Source: Paecilomyces variotii (taxonomy: Eukaryota). Taken from it: a stretch of DNA of 64,000 nt. Of the stretch, positions 24,975-38,123 are shown one piece after another. The stretch is from assembly GCA_004022145.1 (NCBI GenBank), contig RCNU01000002.1; one strand, written 5' to 3'. The translations under genes were made by a program, and so were the position numbers. Position 1 is the stretch's first letter, and every line of letters begins with the position of its first letter. Below the pieces are notes generated by a model. The model made no database searches. It was not told the origin of the DNA and saw only the letters and a list, made by a program, of their open reading frames with translations.

Positions 24975-25550
24975 TATTTTGTTCCATTATTTCTTTTATT
25001 CCAATTCACAATCCTTATCATTCCTCTCCATTTGAGGACGGCAAGAGAAAAGGCCGAATTCAAAGGGAGAAGTCCTGTCCCACATCGGAGTCCGGGTAAG
25101 AGCCCACATTAAATACTTTTCCATCAAAGTACTTTTTTTTCTTCCTTCGTAGCAGTGGCGAAAATTTTCTTTTAGCTAGGTATGATCCACTTGAGAAACT
25201 GTGTGTTCAATAATCTTTGAACCGTGGATGGAGGAACCCCACTTGATTCTGGATAATTTCATTTGCATACAAGAGATCTGGGCTTTTCATGATAATCTTC
25301 AACGCCTCTACTCTAAGGAGAAATATTACAAGATCATCTTGACTCTATGAGGTATTTGGTAGACCATAGTTCTCTTACAGCTGACCACATAAATTATTAT
25401 CCGTTGACATTAATTATAAAGATAAAGAGACTGCTTTTATAGCTAGCCAGGCTGCTTGAGATGCTCTAAGTGAGTTATGTCTCCATAAAGAGGAGCTCAC
25501 AGTTTATGGAAACCCGTCCCTGGGCCCATTGCGCCGGAGATATCAACTAG

Positions 25551-26809
<1,259 letters not shown>

Positions 26810-27517
26810 CTAGATTGCCTGTATGAAGCTTTATTGCCCACTGTTTATCTGGACAGATCAGTGATTTTATAAGGTAGCAGAACAGAGAGACGATTGACGG
26901 CGGGGTTGCTGTTGCTGAAACGCCAGCGGTGTCAGAGAGTTTGGCTGCGGGGCTCGACATCATAGTTCCGTTCCAGGCACGCAAGACGCGAGGCAGCAAA
27001 ACGATCCCTATTATGCGATCTAGATATCAGAATACTAGTTTCTCTTTCTTTCAGATCATATTCCCTGAATCAGTAATATAGGCCGGTTTCTGCGCAGCTG
27101 TCCCGCTTGTCTACTCATTGATAATCACTCGATCATCTTCCTCGAGCTTCCGGCCCCGCCATCACGTATCCGGCTCGGTCAGGTACACTTCGAGATCCAC
27201 AAAGTGCATGTTTAGAGGCCTGTACCTATTTTTGTCATCTTGAGGGAACTCGCAACTTGTCTCTTCAATCCCGCAAGTAGCGCTTTGAGAGTAAGTATCC
27301 ATGACAGAGACCAACAGTTCATACTCATGCGGGTATTATTGGCGATTTAGTTCCGTTCTCAAGCGGAACTACTGTACATATAGATCCACTGACGGATTTA
27401 TGACATTTGGATATACATACTCCTGCCTCATAAAATGTTAGTCATCGAGACAGTGAAGTGCACGGAGAATACTCACAGGAATCAATGCATGCATGCGCTA
27501 TACATAATGCCCAGTAT

Positions 27518-28624
27518 TCACCCATGCTGCCAGAGAAAACTCGTCCCACCTTCGAAACTGACACCTTCAATACGTCGAATCTCTTCCTGTGACAGTCTCC
27601 AACCCAGAGCTTGTATATTCTGTTGTACTTGCTCGGAATTCCGGATCCCAACAATAGGAATCGCGCCCTTATTGATATTATAATTCAGCGCCACCGCAGG
27701 AATAGTAACTCGTCTTGCCTCTGCGATTCGTCTGAGGACCGCAACAACGGGCTCAAGTTCATGTATAGGGTAGCTGCTGAAGCGGTACGTCCGTGGTGGT
27801 TCATTCCCTTGAGAGTATTTACCCGTTAGACGACCCTCTGCGAGCGGTGCATAACTCTGGAAAACAATCCCTCTCTCGCGACAGGTTCGTATCAGTCCGT
27901 GTGACTCTGGATGTCTTCGTAGGATCGAGTACTCGCACTGGTTCACCGCAAGTGGAATACCATGTTTCGCCAGAGCATCCGCCATTTTGATCATCTCATG
28001 CGCATCATAATTCGACACACCAACCGTTCGAGCCAGTCCAGATCGAACACACTCAGCAAGACCTTTTGCGACAGTCGATATCGAACTCGAATGTATAGGC
28101 CCATGCACAAGATAGACATCAACATACTTCAACCGTAAACGCTCCAAAGACCCTCGAAGCTTCTTGACAATAGCATGCCATCGCAAAATCACATTAGTCA
28201 TATCCGGAATAGGAAACCACTTTGTCTGAACAATGAACTCCGATCTGTTAAGTCCCTCAAACAGATCCCCACAGATCTTCTCACTCTCACCACTCCCATA
28301 CGCCTGCGCGGTATCAATCCAATTGAGCCCCTCATTCCGCAACATCTCCCAAGCATCCTTGATACGAGGCAACTCATCCGGAGTATAATGCCAAGTAGCT
28401 TTATCACCCCATGCCCATGCTCCTACACACATATACGGAACGAGGATATCTTCAGATGATCCTCTCAATCTCAACTTGCTGTGCGCATCGGGTATGATGT
28501 CCTCTGATAAGACGTATGCATCTTCGCTGCGTATTGCGTCAACCGGTTTCGGATGCGGGTGATGTATACCCTCTGTGGCGGACATGCCAATGGTAAGGCC
28601 ACATTGTAAGACTCCTTCTGCCAT
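27518..28624 (-). CDS. Aldo/keto reductase (intronless)
   Basis: Motifs GAWAWG, IDTAQAYG, VQTKW, VDVYLVHGP, VGVSNY, NQCEYS, YAPLAEG and PIVG. Confidence 0.93.
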   Translation of the reverse strand: MAEGVLQCGLTIGMSATEGIHHPHPKPVDAIRSEDAYVLSEDIIPDAHSKLRLRGSSEDILVPYMCVGAWAWGDKATWHYTPDELPRIKDAWEMLRNEGLNWIDTAQAYGSGESEKICGDLFEGLNRSEFIVQTKWFPIPDMTNVILRWHAIVKKLRGSLERLRLKYVDVYLVHGPIHSSSISTVAKGLAECVRSGLARTVGVSNYDAHEMIKMADALAKHGIPLAVNQCEYSILRRHPESHGLIRTCRERGIVFQSYAPLAEGRLTGKYSQGNEPPRTYRFSSYPIHELEPVVAVLRRIAEARRVTIPAVALNYNINKGAIPIVGIRNSEQVQQNIQALGWRLSQEEIRRIEGVSFEGGTSFLWQHG

Positions 28625-29623
28625 GGATCTGATGATATCGCTCAGATTAAAAAATCAACGTCCGCGTACCCGTATTCTATCGATGGGAAGACCATACAAC
28701 AAAAACTCGTAGCGGAAGGTTGTAAAAGGGGGTTAGGAAGGGTCCCCCTAATACCTTATGAACATCGAGTGGCTCATGGAGGCGACGTTTTCACTATTCA
28801 GGAAAATATGTAGTCATAATACATCATTCCTGGAGGCAATCTGGACTAGTACTTAGACCATGCCATACCCCCCTTCTGACAACGGATCTGATTGAGCCAG
28901 CGGGAGAGAATGCGAGATAGCGCCACAGAGGTATATATATTGAAATACATGTACTAACATGAAATGTGACTCCGACCTTTCCCTCGGGTGAAGATTCAAA
29001 AGTTGGCTGTACTCTGAAGTAATAATCTGGGGCAAATACCGGGGGTACTAGAAGGTTACGGGAACGGATTCCGACTTGCTGTTGCCGTTTGGCCACGGCA
29101 TTTTGATAATATCGTTTTGGAGAACAATCCGTTGCTCGGTTGACTTGGGAGACAGGCGAAATTTCCTGTTCACCACTGAGTAAGAGACTATTAACAGAAA
29201 AGAGTCGTTTGGCATAGTTCCATCGAGCTGGGCCCTCGTGTGGTATCCCCACGGATATTTGTTACACCATGTCTATACGACAGAGAGGATTTTAACTATG
29301 CAACTAGATCAATGACATTCCTTGTAATTACTAGTCTTTATACAATGGTATCTTTGTCTGATATACACGCCCATGCTCAGTAGCGGAACCGGCTGATATT
29401 CTACCCACTACTGCCGTATAACGAACAATAATGGTCGTTTCTATCCTGGTCAAATAGTGCGCTATTATCCACATAAAACATGCAGGGAATCAGATCCACA
29501 ACCAAAAAAAACTACATAAAGGATACGGCTATGCTCGCTGACGCATTTGATATGCGCTACCAGTCACATAATACATGCCCTTTTCCCATTGCGCCATCGC
29601 TATGCAGAAAATAACCTTGTTCC

Positions 29624-32600
29624 TTATCCAACGTGCCTCCTTGCTGCCTCGTGCGTTTCCACCCGGATATCAAACATGACATCATCCATCTCTCTAAGAG
29701 CCTCTCGGCTGAATGTGGTTGATTTGATATTTCCCAAGATGCGCCGAAGGGAGTTCAGAATACCATCCGCACTCGTCTCGTCTTGGTAGGCTGGGGTGTC
29801 GGTCTGGGCTTCACCACAGACATACTGCGCATCTACCGCCATGGGCAACCCCGGCTGCGCTGTGTCGGCTTCCACCTCTTCTACCTGCCCGCATGGTTGA
29901 ACATCACTGTTCTCTTCATTATGCACCTTGGCTTCCCCAGTTCTGTCAAGGTCATCCGTTCGAGAATCCTCAGGCTCCTCATCTTCCACCAGCACTTCCT
30001 GTTCTAAAGAATTTCGAATCGCCTTAGCACCCTTTTCTTGAGGGACATGCGTTATTTCAGGCACGCTCTCAAGCTGCGACCGTTCGGCCGCGCCTGACGA
30101 TGTCTGGTGATCTGAAACTTCTGTCGCATGAGCACGTGAATGTTTAGAGGATTTCTTCTTCGGTGTCTCCCCGCCAGCCAGAAGAGGTGATGCTGCAATT
30201 CCACTGAGACGCCTCGATTTTCTCTTCTTTTTGGGTGATTTATTGGAAGAACTCGGGCAAATGGGCGAGGACTGGACCGGTGCGTCGGGTCTGACTTCCC
30301 CAGCCTCGTCGGAGGTGGTCGCGGCTTTAGTATCCCTCGACTCGCCCTTACGTTTCTTGGATGAGGATGGGCGTTTTTCTTTGCTGGGTGTCTCTTGCGT
30401 TTGGCTGTGAGACGTAGATTTTCGCTTTTTGGAAGTTTGCGGCGTCAGAGATTCGACTTGTGCAGCCGCTCTTGTGACCATGGAGGAACTGATGGAAGAT
30501 CGACGCTTCGATCTGTCAGACGGGGTGACGGACTCAGCCATTTCTCTCTTCCTCTTCCTCGTGACTGGAAAGCTCTCGGAGATACCCTCGGCTTGTTGTT
30601 CCTTGCCCACGTCGTCTAGATCCACAGCAAGTTCTAGGTCTTGTTCAAGCTGGGAGGCAACCTGAAATTCCAAATCATCACTGAAAGAGTCTGGAATGAA
30701 TTCTGTAGGTGTGCCCGTAACTGAGTCGTTTCTCTGTGTCAGCTTCTGACGTTCTAGCGAACGGTCCTTCGGTGTCCCTGACTTGGATCTGTTCCGTTTT
30801 GATCGGGACTTTCTCTTGCTAGGACGAGTGGGGGTGAAAGACGAAGTTTGTTCATGAGACACCGTCTTCTCGTCCGATAATTCAGTGCCTTGCATATTGG
30901 CTTGGGCGGCATTAGGAACACTCAATGGTTGCTGTTCTGAGGCTCCAGCAGCATTATCTGCATTCTCTGGCACCGCAACAGCTTGATTTACGTCCTCGAT
31001 CAGCTCCCCGGGCGTATCGGTGGTAATATCATGAGGGCAAATTTCTGTTGAAAGGCCCAGCCCCTTTGGGCTCTCCCTTGAGGAGTCCATTTCCGGAGGA
31101 GAAGATGGGGGATCCGAGTAGGCATCAAGATTTTGGAATGCTGCAGAACGGTTATTAACCCTATCGAACTGCGATTGACTCTTGGACCCGGGTGTAGGAG
31201 ATGACCCTGGGAAAACATCATCACTTTCAGCAACAGCTGGAAGTGGCGGGGTTAATTGTATTCTGGCCACCAGTTCTGCATCACTTAAGTGCCGAAGATG
31301 TGTAGGAGTATCAAGACCAAATTTGCTGACTTCATTGATACGAGCGTATCTGAAACCTTCCGGTAAGTCAGGGTCATGCAAATTGTTTTGGGCGAGCTCT
31401 CGCTGGTCATCAGTAAGAGATTGTGATTGGGGTTCTGTTGGCTGAGCAGGCGATGAATCGACAGGAATGAACTGCGCTCGAGAGTCATCGTCTTCTGTCC
31501 CTTTCTTCGGGGTAAGGTTGTCAGCATCGTTCGGTAACTCAGGAGGACCGTCTATGATGACAATCGGAGAAGAACTAAAACAGGTTCTTCGGTCGTTGTT
31601 CTTCAACGAATTCTCTAATGACTTGCTTCCATCCATCCCGTCCATCTTCGGAAGGGGATCTGTGGTGGCAGCATCATCTTTTGACACAACCGGGTGTGGA
31701 GCGATCTGTCCTATATTAGCCGGAGAGCCACGCACACAGATCATATCGTTGGCACATACCTCGTGGTCGACAGATGTGGGTAGGCAGGGAAGATGCAAGT
31801 CGATCTGAGACTCTAATTTTCTCAACGCACTTAGCACGGAATCTGGATATTCCAGGGACTCTTGTAGGCCGAAAGTAGCGTTCCATAATTGTATAAACCT
31901 GTTCTTTGTGGACTTATGCGATGAATCAAGCCCAGAAGAGATGATGGTACTGAATTTGCGCAAGGCATATGTGTCGTGGGTCACACATGTTCGCAGAATG
32001 TTTGGAACGGTGGAAGAGAGTGTACGGTACTGTCTAAGGTTAGCATGTACAAGGCGCGAGATATAGTTATTAAGTGTACGTACAGCTGCTGCGAGGCTGC
32101 TGGCCAGGAAGCGGTCACTACTGAATCGCTCCTGTTCATCCTTTATCCACAATGCCAATGGTTCCTGGAGAGCCTCCAAAGCAGCGGAGCGGCAAGTCAG
32201 GATGCCGCTTTCGAGGAACGTAATTAACGACTCCATGAACCGTGCGATATGCGCAATCTCTTCCTGCTCAGTTGTTATGTAAGATGCCCGGACAAGCTTG
32301 TCAACTAGTTGAACAAGCTTATCAGGGGCGATAGCTCGACTCGTAGAGTTCTGCAAGGCCGGACTGTTCCCAATCTCAGTTGGCACTGCAGGAAACGCAT
32401 CGGGGGACTGACAATATAACGACAATGTATGATCCAGAAGTCTGCCAGATGCGGAATAAACCTGGCTAGCCTGCAGATGCTGCATCTTTTCCGCCAGTGG
32501 ATCAATAATAATGGGGGGAATGGCACGATCTCCCAATTCTGTTCCTAGGACACGAACAAAGGCATCGAGGAGTTGACCCCAGGCTGAAATACTGTCGGGG

Positions 32601-35065
32601 AATTGCAGCCCAGAGATGAGTATCTCAATTACATTATCACGATCGTGAGATACAGAACCATCCCTGTCTCTAGCGGATCCATCTGGAAAAGCGGTAAGGG
32701 AAGTTTCAGTAAGTTTGGCAATAGTCTCCCAGATGAACCGTGCAGTATGGGGGATGGTGGGTTGAGAATCCGACGCAGAAGGGTACAGAGCTGTACATTG
32801 TCGAAGGAGATCCAGACGAGATGCCCTTGAAATTCTTCCATCCAAGGATGCCTCAAGGGTGCTCTCGATCAGACGAAGGTACGAGGCACTGGGTTCTAAA
32901 CCAGGAGCGGGAGAGCCGATCAGTCGGAGGAAGTGTAGGATAGGCGTGTCAATGCTGGTGTCATTGCGTGGCCGACGGTGCATAGGCGTACTAGCAGTCT
33001 GGTAAGTTTCCTGCGGAGTCTTCAGCAGTAGTTTCTCGGTAAATGGGATGGTGCCGATGGACAATATGATCGTGGTAGACAGGGACCGGAATCGACCGAA
33101 AAAGGCGTCTGCGTTGCGACTGTCGTTGGCATTGAGAGAACGAGGGCCAGCTTGCCAGACAAGTTGGAATAGGCTGAGAATATTCGCAACAGCTTGCATT
33201 GTCTCCGCAGAAGTCTTCACCTCCTTGCTTGAAGCGTTAGACAAGGCCTTGGATAGATTCATCCAAGCAGCTCCGATATTAGAAAGACTACCATCTTTCC
33301 AGATAGCCACTCTGAAAAGTATTTCGAATACCTTCAGAACCGAAGAGACTCGAGATCGAACCCACTTGGAATCTAATGAAGGCAGCTCTTCTGGATCAAG
33401 CTTTGCGACTTGGTTCACCTTGTCTTCAGACCAGACTTTTGCCTGCGGGCTCCACAGTAAGGAGGATAAAACCTGGCATAGTCTGTCAGACAGACGCGGA
33501 TTCGTGGAGAAGATGTTATTCAGAGGCTGCACAATGTATTCCTCCCAGACAACGTCCAGATGGCGGAAGGACACTGAGGGTCTAAAAGCATAATAAAGCA
33601 GGTTGTAGTAACTTGACAACGCTAGTTGACCGGCCTGGGATCCCAGTTTATCGTGTTTCCGTCGCTCGAATTGAGATAAGATGGGTTTGCTGAGCATTCT
33701 TATAAGGGACAAACTCGTGGACTCGTCCGGATTGATCACATAGACGAATCTATTCCATGCCAGAATGGCCTGTGCTTTTATGGCCGGCTCACTGCAGTTA
33801 AAGCACTTCTGCAGGACTAGTACCCACTCCTTGAAGTGCTCCCATTGATCAACACTGAATCTCTTGCTTCGCAAAAGCAGGATGATAATGCTCCAGACTT
33901 GTGGTACATGTACACCACTATCGAGCGTAGACATCATTCGTGACATTCGTTCACATATTTCTGATACTAGTCTTCCGCCTTTCTCGAGCGGTCGATCGAA
34001 AATGTCGCTAAGAGTGTTTGATATAGTAGAGTTGGGCCCTAATGAAACAGATGTCTGCAACCCTAACGAAATGGCCTTTGACCTGGTATCTTTGATATGA
34101 TGAAGCAACCCTGAGACCAGATGTTCAACCCACAATGCTGAGTGAGATGCCATAGCTGACTTTGATTGGTTGAGCAGGCGTTGATAAATACTCAATCTCT
34201 GAGAGACGACCGCATTTCCCTTGACACGCTCTGTGACATCCTGGAGAACGAGGAGAATTCGGTTTAACCTAGCATTGGTCATCACCTTCGGATGGAAATG
34301 TTGCGTTGAAAGCACAAGCATATAATGAGTCAAGACCGATTTCGGCAGCTTGGCCTCTTGTAGACAGGTGACTGAATGGTCGACAATAAAAGTTTTAAAG
34401 TCGTCCGATAGCTGGGCCATTAGGCTTGGGTTCCATATGAGAGTGATGCACAGCTTGAGAGCATGAATGGTGAGATTGATGTCCAACGGTCCAGCCTCCC
34501 CAAGGTCTCTGCAAATATCCCGCTGTATAAACTGCGTAATGAGACCCAGCTTGCCGGCCAATTCTTGTTCTCCTGGAACCCCTTCATATGCCTTTAACGC
34601 TCCCAAAAGATGCGTGTATGCATCTAACCTTGAACTAAGAGACTCGCCAGCTAGCTGCTGGGTAACAGATTCCACCAACATCGCGAGAGATTCCGCCGTC
34701 TGAGGTGTGGTATTTGAGGGGTCAACGGGAACATTGGCATTGGTCATCTTGAGGATCGATTTCGATGGCTTGAGTTCATTTGAAGGTCGTAAGGCCTTGA
34801 GTTCCGCCGCAGATTTCGAGGTTGAAGAGTCGAAGCTCGGAGGTTTGATGTAGTTCGTCCACGGAGAGAAATTCACTCTTTTGGAGTGTCTACTCGAGGA
34901 ACGCAATGTTGATCCATTTGCTGAAGCGGGGGAATCACCGGGGGTTTCAAGGAGAGCCTGCTGTCCTTGCACCCGATCTCTCTCACTGTGAGGAGTCAAG
35001 ACATGAGATACTGTCCTCGGTGGAGTTGGCGGACGAGCATGGAGTGTGCCGAGGACCTCCACCAT
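29624..35065 (-). CDS. rif1: Rif1 (telomere length / replication-timing regulator)
   Basis: N-terminal PP1-docking motifs KRVNF and KSILK, a helical-repeat Rif1_N-like region (WVLVLQKCFN...AWNRF) and a long disordered C-terminus. Probable in-frame introns at 32030-32083 and 31706-31759. Confidence 0.9.
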   Translation of the reverse strand: MVEVLGTLHARPPTPPRTVSHVLTPHSERDRVQGQQALLETPGDSPASANGSTLRSSSRHSKRVNFSPWTNYIKPPSFDSSTSKSAAELKALRPSNELKPSKSILKMTNANVPVDPSNTTPQTAESLAMLVESVTQQLAGESLSSRLDAYTHLLGALKAYEGVPGEQELAGKLGLITQFIQRDICRDLGEAGPLDINLTIHALKLCITLIWNPSLMAQLSDDFKTFIVDHSVTCLQEAKLPKSVLTHYMLVLSTQHFHPKVMTNARLNRILLVLQDVTERVKGNAVVSQRLSIYQRLLNQSKSAMASHSALWVEHLVSGLLHHIKDTRSKAISLGLQTSVSLGPNSTISNTLSDIFDRPLEKGGRLVSEICERMSRMMSTLDSGVHVPQVWSIIILLLRSKRFSVDQWEHFKEWVLVLQKCFNCSEPAIKAQAILAWNRFVYVINPDESTSLSLIRMLSKPILSQFERRKHDKLGSQAGQLALSSYYNLLYYAFRPSVSFRHLDVVWEEYIVQPLNNIFSTNPRLSDRLCQVLSSLLWSPQAKVWSEDKVNQVAKLDPEELPSLDSKWVRSRVSSVLKVFEILFRVAIWKDGSLSNIGAAWMNLSKALSNASSKEVKTSAETMQAVANILSLFQLVWQAGPRSLNANDSRNADAFFGRFRSLSTTIILSIGTIPFTEKLLLKTPQETYQTASTPMHRRPRNDTSIDTPILHFLRLIGSPAPGLEPSASYLRLIESTLEASLDGRISRASRLDLLRQCTALYPSASDSQPTIPHTARFIWETIAKLTETSLTAFPDGSARDRDGSVSHDRDNVIEILISGLQFPDSISAWGQLLDAFVRVLGTELGDRAIPPIIIDPLAEKMQHLQASQVYSASGRLLDHTLSLYCQSPDAFPAVPTEIGNSPALQNSTSRAIAPDKLVQLVDKLVRASYITTEQEEIAHIARFMESLITFLESGILTCRSAALEALQEPLALWIKDEQERFSSDRFLASSLAAAVRTLNNYISRLVHANLRQYRTLSSTVPNILRTCVTHDTYALRKFSTIISSGLDSSHKSTKNRFIQLWNATFGLQESLEYPDSVLSALRKLESQIDLHLPCLPTSVDHEVCANDMICVRGSPANIGQIAPHPVVSKDDAATTDPLPKMDGMDGSKSLENSLKNNDRRTCFSSSPIVIIDGPPELPNDADNLTPKKGTEDDDSRAQFIPVDSSPAQPTEPQSQSLTDDQRELAQNNLHDPDLPEGFRYARINEVSKFGLDTPTHLRHLSDAELVARIQLTPPLPAVAESDDVFPGSSPTPGSKSQSQFDRVNNRSAAFQNLDAYSDPPSSPPEMDSSRESPKGLGLSTEICPHDITTDTPGELIEDVNQAVAVPENADNAAGASEQQPLSVPNAAQANMQGTELSDEKTVSHEQTSSFTPTRPSKRKSRSKRNRSKSGTPKDRSLERQKLTQRNDSVTGTPTEFIPDSFSDDLEFQVASQLEQDLELAVDLDDVGKEQQAEGISESFPVTRKRKREMAESVTPSDRSKRRSSISSSMVTRAAAQVESLTPQTSKKRKSTSHSQTQETPSKEKRPSSSKKRKGESRDTKAATTSDEAGEVRPDAPVQSSPICPSSSNKSPKKKRKSRRLSGIAASPLLAGGETPKKKSSKHSRAHATEVSDHQTSSGAAERSQLESVPEITHVPQEKGAKAIRNSLEQEVLVEDEEPEDSRTDDLDRTGEAKVHNEENSDVQPCGQVEEVEADTAQPGLPMAVDAQYVCGEAQTDTPAYQDETSADGILNSLRRILGNIKSTTFSREALREMDDVMFDIRVETHEAARRHVG

Positions 35066-35295
35066 GTTTCAAGAGAAAGAGGGTGAAGTAACAGGTGTCG
35101 ATAAAAGGAAACAGAGAATCATAGGGCATCTCTGTGCAGAAATTGGCGTGAGTTCACAACGAGGTGCCCATAACCATTTTTCGCGGAGAACATCCAGGGC
35201 GATTGGATCCCCTTGGGGCCCGTGAGATACTTTCTCCGAAGGCACGCCAACAACTCTGACGCGCAGCGAGTCCAGATCGCGACAGTGGCTGGCGG

Positions 35296-35301
35296 ACGCG
35301 T
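35296..35301. promoter_or_regulatory. MCB-like ACGCGT upstream of rif1, with additional CGCG cores nearby
   Basis: Exact motif about 230 nt upstream of the rif1 ATG. It fits G1/S (MBF) regulation, but the motif is short. Confidence 0.35.
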
Positions 35302-35881
35302 TAAGTGGCAGTGGCGCGATTTTGGCCTCAGGCAGTAAGCTGACAAAGCAGACACAGGCACAGGCATCAATGGAGTATCGATTCTTTCCTTTGCGTTACG
35401 ATGATGCTTCTGCTAAGATACATGGGCAGTGTCCTATAGATCATAATTCCCATGCATTCTATATCTAGTAGTATACGTAGCAAGGCACCACCCTATGTGT
35501 AACCAATTGTTGTTTCGGCTGTCGTTGAAGTCAACTGTGCCAACTCCGTACTAGCTACCTAAGTAGTAGCTCTTCCAGACTAGGTGGGGTTTCCCCGTAC
35601 GTACAGCTATTGCTCCGTACTGTCGTTTACGGACCAACCTACAGTTCGGAGACCAATTTCGAAGGTCCTTGGTTATGGCAATCCTAATATTCTCCTAGTA
35701 GCTCATTTTTTGCATGGTTACTTGTCAACGAATACTCGCGTGTGTGGCAGGTATGCAAGCATCGTGATGCAACCTAACTGCGGTCAGTCTCTAGCGGATG
35801 CTAATTCGTATTGCAGTTTATTACAGGTCAGCTACTACTACAGCTGTGCAGAACGCCTAAGGGAGTCTGTTCTAAGGCAAT

Positions 35882-37610
35882 ATGAACTTCCTAGGGCTGC
35901 AAGGCCCCGGTAGGTGCAGCTACACTTGCCCATTGAAGAGCTCGCTCATAACTTGAAATTTCCCCAGAGAAGCTGAAAGATGTCACTCAAATTTTGGACG
36001 GCTTGAGACAGGATTTGACAGCAAAAAGTCTCTCTTCAACTGGTAAGTCTCACTGAATGCTAGATACATCTTCTATGTTCCGCACCTAACTTACATACGA
36101 CCCTGTATAGAGCGCACGCAATTACTCCTGAAACTACGGCAACATGGCACAAATCCCGTGAATGCGGATCCCATATACTCGAAAAGCGCACGTACTCTTC
36201 GAACTGAAATAAGTAGTCCTTTCTGACAACTCAGGCAGGGGATTGAGACCTTGATGAGATATGGCGTCGACGGGGAGACTACGGATGAACGCCGCGCAGC
36301 GTTGCGATGCGTCGCAAACTCTCTTCTTCTGGATCCGAAGATGCGCCAAATATTTGTGGATACGGGTTATGGCGGGAAACTAGCCGAAATGCTTAAGGTG
36401 GGCGTCGACTGAAGTCTCGAGACGTTTTGCAGGAGTTAACGAGCTCGCATGTAGACCGATTCTTCGGATGATGAGATGATCATCAGTCGGATCCTCTTCC
36501 TTTCTACATATGACACAACTATGGATTTCGAGAAACTCATCAACGCCCATGGTCTGGGTGACAATATTAACTATGTGAGTTGATGTTGGTATCAGTGCAT
36601 GGGCCCATCGTTTCCTAACAATTGCAGCAAATTTCGCGTCACGCAGAGCAATTTGTGAAAGGAGGAAAAGACCCTCTTTCACAGATGGATGAGATGGCAT
36701 TGACAGACACCCTCAAACTAATATTCAACATTGCAAAACTTCATCCGGATTTGATGCCCGCCTTCAGCCCTTCAATCCCGCACATCCTAGAAATCTTAAG
36801 TCGCATAGAGATACCGAAACGGCCTCTCGATGGCGTGGTCGGCTACTCGATCAATTGTCTGTCAGTTCTGGATCTTGACGGGAACAAGAGCAAAGACTAT
36901 GAGAGCAGTCAACTCTTCCCGGCTTCTAACCAGAACCGCAACGTAGACAGCCTGATCAACATTCTGAAAAAGGCCGTCGCTACGTACAAGACGGATGACC
37001 TCGACTCACAGGCAATAACACTTCTGCATCTGCTTATTATCATTTATGAAGTTGCCCCCGAGGGCCCGAGAGAACATATGCGAGCTTTGATTCTTCCCGA
37101 GAAGTCAGACCGCAGTGTACCGATTGGACAAACTGATACTCTGTCGTCAAAATTGTTGAAGCTGTCAACTACGCCTTCACTCAACTTAAAGACTGCCATC
37201 TCCGAGCTGATGTTCGTTCTCTCCGGGAAGGATGCAGAGACACTCACAAAGAACATCGGATACGGGTTCGCTGCAGGCTTCCTCTCATCTCGCGAATTAG
37301 GAGTGCCTCAGAATACAGAGGAAAGTGGGCTTGATTCCGAAATCAACCCAATAACCGGTCAGAGGTGGGATGCAGAACCAGTGGATACGGGACCACCTAT
37401 GACACAGGAGGAAAAGGAGAGAGAGGCAGAAAGACTATTTGTTCTCTTTGAGAGGTACGTATGCCCTGTTGATTCAGATGCATTACAGTTCTGCTCATGT
37501 TAGATTATAGGGCGAAAGCAAATGGCCTTATCAACGTCGAGAATCCTGTGGTGCAGGCGGCTCGGGAAGGCAGGCTGGAAGAGCTGCCTGATGATGCTGA
37601 CAGTGATTGA
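35882..37610 (+). CDS. ric8: Ric8/synembryn G-alpha GEF/chaperone; multi-exon
   Basis: Motifs ALRCVANSLLL, RILFLSTY, TLKLIFNI, NIGYGFAAGFL, INPITGQ, MTQEEKEREAERLFVLFER and VENP. Confidence 0.92.
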
Positions 37611-38123
37611 ATATCTCCTATGATATACTCCAACATTGTGTTTCATGATTATGATTCCCTCATGTCCTAGGTCCATTTCGTATCTGCACGACGGTGGAAG
37701 AAATTTCGCCAGCGTAAAATTGTAGCCGCCAAATCGCGATGTATTCCGATGTACAGATTATTGATCTAGAAGTAAACACGCTGTTTGCAATCTTTAATTC
37801 TGACTCAGACCTACAAATCCATGTAGAAATTGCCTCCTCAATAATAATCTCGAATGAACAATAATATACATTGTCCGGACACCTGCTCTATGGAAGTTTC
37901 CCGTTCAGGCTAGTAGATGATGTAATGGGCTCCCCGCGGCTCGAACCTTCGGCGGGGTTCACCAAAAATTGTTCCGCTGCGAAAAGAAATTATAGTGAGC
38001 CACATATATACTGTACATTCGAGTGAGAACTTCCGCTCAACATCGTCGCACGCTTTATCCTTTTGAAACTGTATCATATCAACACTCCAGAAACAACACA
38101 TTTCTCCGACACATCTGCCCACC

